Of a stretch of 64,000 nucleotides of DNA, positions 57,742 through 64,000 are shown one piece after another. Numbering within the stretch: the first letter of the stretch is position 1; every line of letters starts with the position of its first letter. A model generated the notes under the pieces. It searched no databases. It was given only the letters and a program-made list of their open reading frames with translations, and had not been told where the DNA came from. Made by a program: the position numbers and the translations under genes. This stretch comes from Ignavibacteriota bacterium (lineage in GTDB: Bacteria; Bacteroidota; Ignavibacteria; Palsa-1295): contig CAWBEI010000003.1 in NCBI GenBank assembly GCA_963787835.1, positions 192,001-256,000 on the forward strand, read 5' to 3'.

Positions 57742-59720
57742 TAAAAAGAATCCCCTCTCAACTTCCGTGCTCTATCGCGGGCATCATTGACGAAATTGGA
57801 GTTGGGGTATCTCGCAAGAAAATCCTCGTATAATCTTTCAGCCCTCGGCTTGTCGTGCATGTCGCGCTCGACGATCTCCGCCTCGCGAAATGCCGCCACA
57901 TCCAACAGCGGACTGGAAAGCAATTTTGTTTGCATGGAGTCTAACTCGCGTATAGCCTCCTCGGCTCGCCCCAGCTTTACAAGCACGGCTGCGCTTCGGA
58001 GCGCGGCGTTATCGGCAAGCGGCGCATTGATCTCCGTATCGATGATGGCACGGAAGGCTGCTTCCGCCTCAGCATACTTATGGGCTTGTTCCGCAAGCGC
58101 GCCTTTCGCAAAATACCTAAGCGAGGGCAACCCACCCGGCGTATTGCCTTGCTCAATAATGCCGACGAGCGCAATGGCGTCATTCGCATAATCGCTCGAA
58201 GCATCGGCGGCAACTGTTTCGAGCAGGACCGTGGATGTATCAAAATTCCCCTGATAATATTGCCCCAACGCCCGGTCGTACATAATGTGATTGCGGATCT
58301 CCCTTTCATTTTGAGGATGATACGTTCCAAGCATCTCCTCAATATGTTGAAGCCGGGCATTCGCCAATGGGAAATCTTCCGAAGCATACGCAATATCCAC
58401 CAATCGGAACGCCGCTTGCCGCACCAGGTCGCTGAGGCCATTATGCGTGTGTGCAACAGCAGATTCCAGATCCTTCGCCGCGCGCGTCAGATCGAACAGA
58501 TCGGTATAGGCAAGGTTACCGGCGTGCAACAGCGCGTCCAGCGATAACTCGTTCATAACCCCACTCGCCGCAAATGATTCATATCTCGAGATGAGCGCGG
58601 CAATAGAATCCTTCCAGAATGGGCGGTCATCATTGGGCTTAGAGTGATAATATGCTTCCCAAGTTTTGAGCGAACCAAGTTCAGCCTGTTGCACATAAAA
58701 ATCCTGCCCACGGCTTGCTTTGAGTCTGCGCGATGCTTCTGCATACGCCGTCGCAGCGACATCCAGGGCGCCTTCACTTCGCGCCCGTTCCGCGAACGCC
58801 AGCAACTCCCCTCCCTCATATCCCGGAGTTCCCGATGTGAGATCGTCGAGCTGGATCATCGTCTGAAGCGCTTTGGCATAGTCCTTCTTCTCACCATAGA
58901 GCCAGGAAAGCAATCGCAAATTTGCGCGCGTGGGGCCACCGGAAGCCGTTGCGTCAGCCGAGAGGATCTCCCCTTCAAGCGCGCCAAGCACGGTTGCGCG
59001 GGAAAGAGAATCGGTCAGGTATTCGGCAAGGCGCTGCTCGACCATCCCCACATTTCCCTCACCCTCTTTTAAGATCGTGATAAATTCTTTGGATGCGCGG
59101 TCGAACTCTCCAAGCCGGAGATACACTCCGGCGATCTGGCTCGAGCAAATATCGCCATAGCCATTGGTCGCCGCGGAACTCGGGGCATTCTTACGCATCG
59201 CATCGAGCAATTCAAGCGCATCCTGATTGTAGGAAACATCCATCATCGCATAGACGATGGGAAAAAGGGCAGTGCAATCCTTTGCATTGATCAACCCCTC
59301 CGCCTGTTGAAATTTAGCGAGAGATTCCGTTCGCTTCCCCATCCATGCCTCGATGCGAGCGGAAAGCAGAAGAATATCGACCGAGCTATCCGTCTGAAGC
59401 CGCACATTTACGATCTTTTCTGCATCGTCGAACCGCTTAAGTGCAACCAGGGATCGCAGGTATCCATCGAATACGGTTTCGTCCCTCGGACTTAAGGTGT
59501 ATAGCTCCCCATAGACCCGCGCAGCATTTGCAGGATCGTGGTTCTCTTCATACACTTCCGCAATTTGAAGCTTCTGATTAAACTCCGCTGGACTTAACCT
59601 CGGCGCCTCACGAGGCTCACCCTCTGGATTGCCGGGGTTTTGAGCAATCGCAGCCAACGGCAACGTCAACAACGCAGCCACCAGTGATATAAAGAGTCCT
59701 ATCTTGTGCAACCGTGACAT
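57741..59720 (-). CDS. secreted tetratricopeptide repeat protein
   Basis: Signal peptide, multiple TPRs, SDYANDA, YEDFLARYPNSNFVNDARDRARKLRGD; start ATG 59720. Confidence 0.85.
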   Translation of the reverse strand: MSRLHKIGLFISLVAALLTLPLAAIAQNPGNPEGEPREAPRLSPAEFNQKLQIAEVYEENHDPANAARVYGELYTLSPRDETVFDGYLRSLVALKRFDDAEKIVNVRLQTDSSVDILLLSARIEAWMGKRTESLAKFQQAEGLINAKDCTALFPIVYAMMDVSYNQDALELLDAMRKNAPSSAATNGYGDICSSQIAGVYLRLGEFDRASKEFITILKEGEGNVGMVEQRLAEYLTDSLSRATVLGALEGEILSADATASGGPTRANLRLLSWLYGEKKDYAKALQTMIQLDDLTSGTPGYEGGELLAFAERARSEGALDVAATAYAEASRRLKASRGQDFYVQQAELGSLKTWEAYYHSKPNDDRPFWKDSIAALISRYESFAASGVMNELSLDALLHAGNLAYTDLFDLTRAAKDLESAVAHTHNGLSDLVRQAAFRLVDIAYASEDFPLANARLQHIEEMLGTYHPQNEREIRNHIMYDRALGQYYQGNFDTSTVLLETVAADASSDYANDAIALVGIIEQGNTPGGLPSLRYFAKGALAEQAHKYAEAEAAFRAIIDTEINAPLADNAALRSAAVLVKLGRAEEAIRELDSMQTKLLSSPLLDVAAFREAEIVERDMHDKPRAERLYEDFLARYPNSNFVNDARDRARKLRGDSF

Positions 59721-59823
59721 GACCAGAGGTAATCGGCGTGATGAATGTGAGCTATCTAGAAAATTCAACCTGCTATCCGAACGATCGGTTTCACCGATTC
59801 GATGATGGAAATTTCATCAATGA

Positions 59824-60669
59824 TCAATGCAAAATAAGCAGTCTCTGAAACTGATGAGTTGACCCGGCTTGGAATTCCAGAGAATAGACACCATCGCTCA
59901 TCCCTGTCAGACTAATGGGAAATTCATGCCATCCAAAGCCATCATTCTTCATCGAAAGAGATTGAGAGAGGATCCCAGCAGAATTATAAAGCTGAAATGT
60001 AACCGGGATAATGGAAATAGCTGAGTCTTCCGCAATAAAATAAGAAACAAGAATGCTTCCGGAAGCAGGATTTGGAGTGCATTGCATAATGCTGCTCGTT
60101 GGTGTAACCCCGGAAGTTACCACCGGAGAGCATGCATCGATAACCAGCAAGCGGCCGGTATCGGACACGACGATGGGATCCAACAAACTGGCACCGGCGG
60201 AATCAACGATAAATCCGGAATTTGAAAACGTTGGCGCCTGGCTCAGCACATGGAATTGCATTTGCAGGATCTCCCCAGGTCCCTTGAGCGGTGTGCTGCT
60301 CGAAGAATTTCCCGTGACATAGAGTATTCCCGGTGTCGTAACAGATTTGGTAAAGAACCAGTCCGGCGCGGGAGTATTGGCACCATTTCTTACATTGATA
60401 AATTCCAAAATATCGGGATTATAGCTGATGATCTCGCCAAATGAAATGATGGGCTTGAGCGCGCCGGGGAGCGTATCCTTTATGATCTGGGAGATGATCA
60501 CATCGGTATCGGCAAATACCACATAATTTGTGGCAATAGAAAGATGAATGGTATCCTTGCCAGCAAGCGGCTGATCCCCATCACCGGTAGAATTCGCGTG
60601 AGCGATCTGCCCGACAAAAAGAAAAGCGATCGCGGCAAGCAATGCGAATGGAAAGTGCTTATAGATCAT
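59824..60669 (-). CDS. cohesin-like domain protein with T9SS type-A CTD
   Basis: ISYNPDILEF...LKGPGEILQMQFHV cohesin-like strands; CTD TPNPA...SDGVYSLEF. Confidence 0.65.
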   Translation of the reverse strand: MIYKHFPFALLAAIAFLFVGQIAHANSTGDGDQPLAGKDTIHLSIATNYVVFADTDVIISQIIKDTLPGALKPIISFGEIISYNPDILEFINVRNGANTPAPDWFFTKSVTTPGILYVTGNSSSSTPLKGPGEILQMQFHVLSQAPTFSNSGFIVDSAGASLLDPIVVSDTGRLLVIDACSPVVTSGVTPTSSIMQCTPNPASGSILVSYFIAEDSAISIIPVTFQLYNSAGILSQSLSMKNDGFGWHEFPISLTGMSDGVYSLEFQAGSTHQFQRLLILH

Positions 60670-60812
60670 CCTCACGGATGTGATAGGCAAATGAGAGTTG
60701 TGAAGTTCCGGAAGATGGCCCAGAAGTAGATTATATTCAGGTAAACCAACCGGGCTTCCAGTGAGTTTACATGCCCTTTAGTACCATCCCATAGCGTCAC
60801 TCTATCATTTTC

Positions 60813-61370
60813 ATGAATCTCATCCTATTTGGCCCACCCGGCGTGGGCAAAGGCACACAGGCCATGCGCCTTGCCGCCGCCCATAATCTGATCCATATCT
60901 CCACCGGCGATATTCTACGCGCCGCCATTGCCGAAGGATCCCCGCTGGGTATGACGGCAAGAACCTTCGTGGAATCCGGCGGGCTGGTACCCGATGACAT
61001 CATTATCGGTCTCGTCCGCGAAGTACTTGAAATGAAGCCAGAATCAAAAGGCTTTCTGCTCGATGGCTTCCCACGCACGCTTGAACAGGCAAGTGCGCTT
61101 GACGATCTGTTCCACGAGCTTGGCATTGCCGATGTGCACATTATCATGCTCGCTGCGCCGGAGCAGGAGCTTCTCGATCGTATGATCCGCCGCGGAATTG
61201 AACAAGGACGTAAGGATGATACCGTGGAAACGATACGGCACCGTCTCGAAGTATATAACGCACAGACGGAACCGGTGAGATCGTATTATGAAGAACGACG
61301 AGGTGTCACACTGGTCGATGGTCTTGGTTCAGTTGATGATGTAACCGCCAGGATCGAGAGCGTTCTTTAA
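60813..61370 (+). CDS. adk: adenylate kinase (short type)
   Basis: GPPGVGKGTQA, HISTGDILR, LVPD, FLLDGFPRT, RKDD. Confidence 0.97.
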   Translation: MNLILFGPPGVGKGTQAMRLAAAHNLIHISTGDILRAAIAEGSPLGMTARTFVESGGLVPDDIIIGLVREVLEMKPESKGFLLDGFPRTLEQASALDDLFHELGIADVHIIMLAAPEQELLDRMIRRGIEQGRKDDTVETIRHRLEVYNAQTEPVRSYYEERRGVTLVDGLGSVDDVTARIESVL

Positions 61371-61391
61371 AACGAGCATCATGTACTTACG

Positions 61392-61955
61392 ATGAGGATC
61401 ATTGCTGGGGAATTTCGAAGCCGAGTGCTCGTTGCTCCGAAAGGCAATGCTACCCGTCCGACGACAGACCGCGCGAGAGAATCGTTATTCAATGTCCTGA
61501 ATAATCTCATCTCCTTCGACCGCATTCGTGTGCTCGATCTTTACGCCGGTTCCGGCGCGTTTTCGTTCGAAGCGCTTAGCCGTGGAGCCAAACATGCCAC
61601 GCTCGTCGAACGCGATCGTCATGCAATCCTTGCCATAAATGCCAATGCGAAGACCCTCCAGGTTACAGATCGTGTTTCCGTGTTCCATTCCGATGTGATC
61701 GCGTTCCTCCGAAGGCAGACGAAGCAGTTCGATCTCATTTTTGCTGATGCACCGTATGAGGACAAGCAATCACGCGAACTCTTGCCTACATTACTATCGG
61801 AGAAGGCCACCCGCGACGGGCTTTGTATCATCGAGCACCGCACCGGCGATTCCATTGTTTTAGCAAACGGCTCAACCTTGCTTCGGGAGCTAAACTCCGG
61901 AGAAGCGAGCTTTACTATCTTTCAGAAACAACCAATCTCGATCCCAGCCACATGA
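61392..61955 (+). CDS. rsmD: 16S rRNA (guanine(966)-N2)-methyltransferase
   Basis: MRIIAG, TRPTTDRARESLFN, LDLYAGSG, EALSRGA, DAPY. Confidence 0.93.
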   Translation: MRIIAGEFRSRVLVAPKGNATRPTTDRARESLFNVLNNLISFDRIRVLDLYAGSGAFSFEALSRGAKHATLVERDRHAILAINANAKTLQVTDRVSVFHSDVIAFLRRQTKQFDLIFADAPYEDKQSRELLPTLLSEKATRDGLCIIEHRTGDSIVLANGSTLLRELNSGEASFTIFQKQPISIPAT

Positions 61956-62452
61956 AGATCGCCATCTATCCGGGAACATTTGACCCCATCACGAACGGCC
62001 ACCTGGACATTATCGAGCGAGCCAGCGAACTCTTCGATCAGGTGATCGTCGCACTGGCAAAGAACAGCCAAAAATCACCCCTGTTCTCGGAGCCGGAACG
62101 GTTGCGGCTGATCGAGCAAAGCCTTTTGGAATACTGTCCGCAACGCACAAACATTCGAGCCGATGCTTTCCAGGGGCTGCTCGTCGAGTATGCCGATTCA
62201 AAAGGAGCGACGGCGGTTGTTCGGGGACTTCGGGCCTTGAGCGATTTCGAATATGAGTTCCAAATGGCACTGATGAATCGCAAGCTGGCACCGAATGTAA
62301 GCACGATCTTTCTGATGCCGCACGAAGAATACACGTATTTGAACTCCACGATCATCCGCGAGCTTGCACGGTATGGCAAAGACGTTTCAAGTTTCGTTCC
62401 GAACTCGGTTTCCAATGCGCTTCGGGAAAAATTTGAAATTAAATATCATTAG
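61952..62452 (+). CDS. coaD: pantetheine-phosphate adenylyltransferase
   Basis: IYPGTFDPITNGHLD, VRGLRALSDFEYE; ATG 61952 overlaps the rsmD stop. Confidence 0.97.
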   Translation: MKIAIYPGTFDPITNGHLDIIERASELFDQVIVALAKNSQKSPLFSEPERLRLIEQSLLEYCPQRTNIRADAFQGLLVEYADSKGATAVVRGLRALSDFEYEFQMALMNRKLAPNVSTIFLMPHEEYTYLNSTIIRELARYGKDVSSFVPNSVSNALREKFEIKYH

Positions 62453-62473
62453 ACCTATCCAACACAAACATAT

Positions 62474-63319
62474 TTGGAAGCGCCGCAACATATCGGGAAA
62501 CATCCTCTCCTTCTCAATGAGAAGCACGCCGTGGAGATACTCACCATCTTCATTCGCGAGGAGGTGCGGCGGACCGGGCTTAGTAAAGCTGTGATCGGGC
62601 TATCGGGTGGGGTCGATTCCGCGCTCTCGACCTATCTTTCTGTTCGAGCCTTAGGTGCAGAGAATGTCCATGTGCTCCTGATGCCATATCGAACCTCATC
62701 CCCGGAAAGTATCAAGGATGCCACCGACGTCGTGAACGCACTTGGAGTCTCTTCAGAAATACTCGATATTTCCAATGCGGCGGACGCCTTTTTTGCTTCA
62801 GATAGTTCCATGGACAAAAGGCGCCGGGGAAATATCATGGCTCGATTAAGAATGATCGCATTATACGATCGATCCCAGGTGATGAGTTCACTCGTCATTG
62901 GCACGTCCAACAAGACAGAATCGCTGCTCGGTTACACTACGATCTATGGCGATAATGCGAGTGCGATCAACCCACTTGGCGATCTTTACAAAACTCAGGT
63001 CTGGCAGCTTGCAAAATATGTAGGCGTACCGGAGCAAATAATAACCAAACCTCCATCGGCAGACCTTTGGCCGGGGCAGACGGATGAATCGGAACTCGGA
63101 ATATCGTATCATGAAGTTGATGAACTGCTTTTTTACATGATCGATCTCCGCGAACGCGATGAACAGCTAATGAAGCGTGGATACAGATTGGATCACATTA
63201 ACCATATCCGCCAGATCGTACAACGAACCCAATACAAACGCCGATTGCCGCTTATCGCAAAATTATCGAGCCGCACTATTAATACAGATTTTCGCTATCC
63301 GAGGGATTGGGGGACGTAA
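62474..63319 (+). CDS. nadE: NH3-dependent NAD+ synthetase
   Basis: GLSGGVDSA, NIMARLRM, GTSNKTE, LGDLYKTQV, PSADLWPGQTDE. Confidence 0.95.
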   Translation: MEAPQHIGKHPLLLNEKHAVEILTIFIREEVRRTGLSKAVIGLSGGVDSALSTYLSVRALGAENVHVLLMPYRTSSPESIKDATDVVNALGVSSEILDISNAADAFFASDSSMDKRRRGNIMARLRMIALYDRSQVMSSLVIGTSNKTESLLGYTTIYGDNASAINPLGDLYKTQVWQLAKYVGVPEQIITKPPSADLWPGQTDESELGISYHEVDELLFYMIDLRERDEQLMKRGYRLDHINHIRQIVQRTQYKRRLPLIAKLSSRTINTDFRYPRDWGT

Positions 63320-63410
63320 GAGATTTGCCGGACTATCCCTTGCGATAGTTCAATATGTCGTATTTTTGTAGTGGTTTCCTCCCTCAGTAACCAATATTTT
63401 AAATTAAAAC

Positions 63411-64000
63411 ATGAGCATTGACGCAAAAAAATTAGCAAAACCCTCTCGCGGCGAGAAGATCCGCATGACCTCCAATGGGCTGGAAGTGCCTGCCAATCCT
63501 ATCATTCCATTCATCGAAGGCGATGGCACCGGACCGGATATATGGCGTGCCTCCGTCCGCGTATTCGATGCTGCCGTCGAAAAAGCTTACGGCGGTAAGC
63601 GGAAAATTGAATGGTACGAAGTGTTTGCCGGCGAGAAAGCCAACGAAGTCTATGGCGAAAATACCTGGCTTCCGAATGAAACGCTGGACGTGATGCGGGA
63701 ATATCTCGTCGGCATTAAAGGTCCGCTTACCACCCCCATCGGCGGCGGCATTACAAGCTTGAATGTTGCTCTTCGACAGCAGTTGGATCTGTATGTATGC
63801 CTGCGTCCGGTACGGTATTTTTCCGGAGTCCCATCGCCGGTGAAGCGTCCGGAATTGGTTGATATGGTGATCTTCCGCGAGAACACCGAAGACATTTACG
63901 CTGGCATCGAATGGGCTGCCGGAAGCGATGAATCAAACAAAGTCCTCGACTTTATCGAGAAAGAATTCCCGAAAGCGTTCGGCAAGATCCGGTTCGGAAC
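63411..64000 (+). CDS. icd: NADP-dependent isocitrate dehydrogenase (truncated by window end)
   Basis: Translated by hand from ATG 63411: [50 protein letters not shown]. Confidence 0.95.
   Translation, partial: MSIDAKKLAKPSRGEKIRMTSNGLEVPANPIIPFIEGDGTGPDIWRASVRVFDAAVEKAYGGKRKIEWYEVFAGEKANEVYGENTWLPNETLDVMREYLVGIKGPLTTPIGGGITSLNVALRQQLDLYVCLRPVRYFSGVPSPVKRPELVDMVIFRENTEDIYAGIEWAAGSDESNKVLDFIEKEFPKAFGKIRFG

Overview
Bacterial chromosomal window, most likely FCB group (Bacteroidota sensu lato, Kapabacteria/Ignavibacteria-like). This placement is inferred from seven T9SS type-A C-terminal domains, TAnnTTTG promoter motifs, few Shine-Dalgarno sites, and PTS EI/HPr without EII. Housekeeping genes (two tRNA-Ser, LptF/G, ptsI/ptsH, pckA, dnaX, rpsT, adk, rsmD, coaD, nadE, partial icd) surround two accessory blocks. 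Block 1 (about 20-39 kb) is a signalling cluster: HAMP-GAF histidine kinase, REC-adenylate cyclase, TIR-like protein coupled to an nSTAND1-TM-coiled-coil-WD40 receptor, nucleotide-translocase/HEAT/cNMP-binding fusion and HD hydrolase, with two paralogous secreted YCF48-type propellers. Block 2 is an 8.55 kb integrase-less island bounded by a 21/22 bp direct repeat of the tRNA-Ser(TGA) 3' end. It carries an ECF sigma/cupin anti-sigma pair and a DUF4331-TPR-DUF6702-HupE/UreJ-TonB receptor operon with several candidate metal-binding motifs. Also seen: three single-base frameshifts in T4 runs, an A9 slippage site in dnaX, and several extragenic inverted-repeat families. Family calls come from motif recognition by eye; no searches were run.
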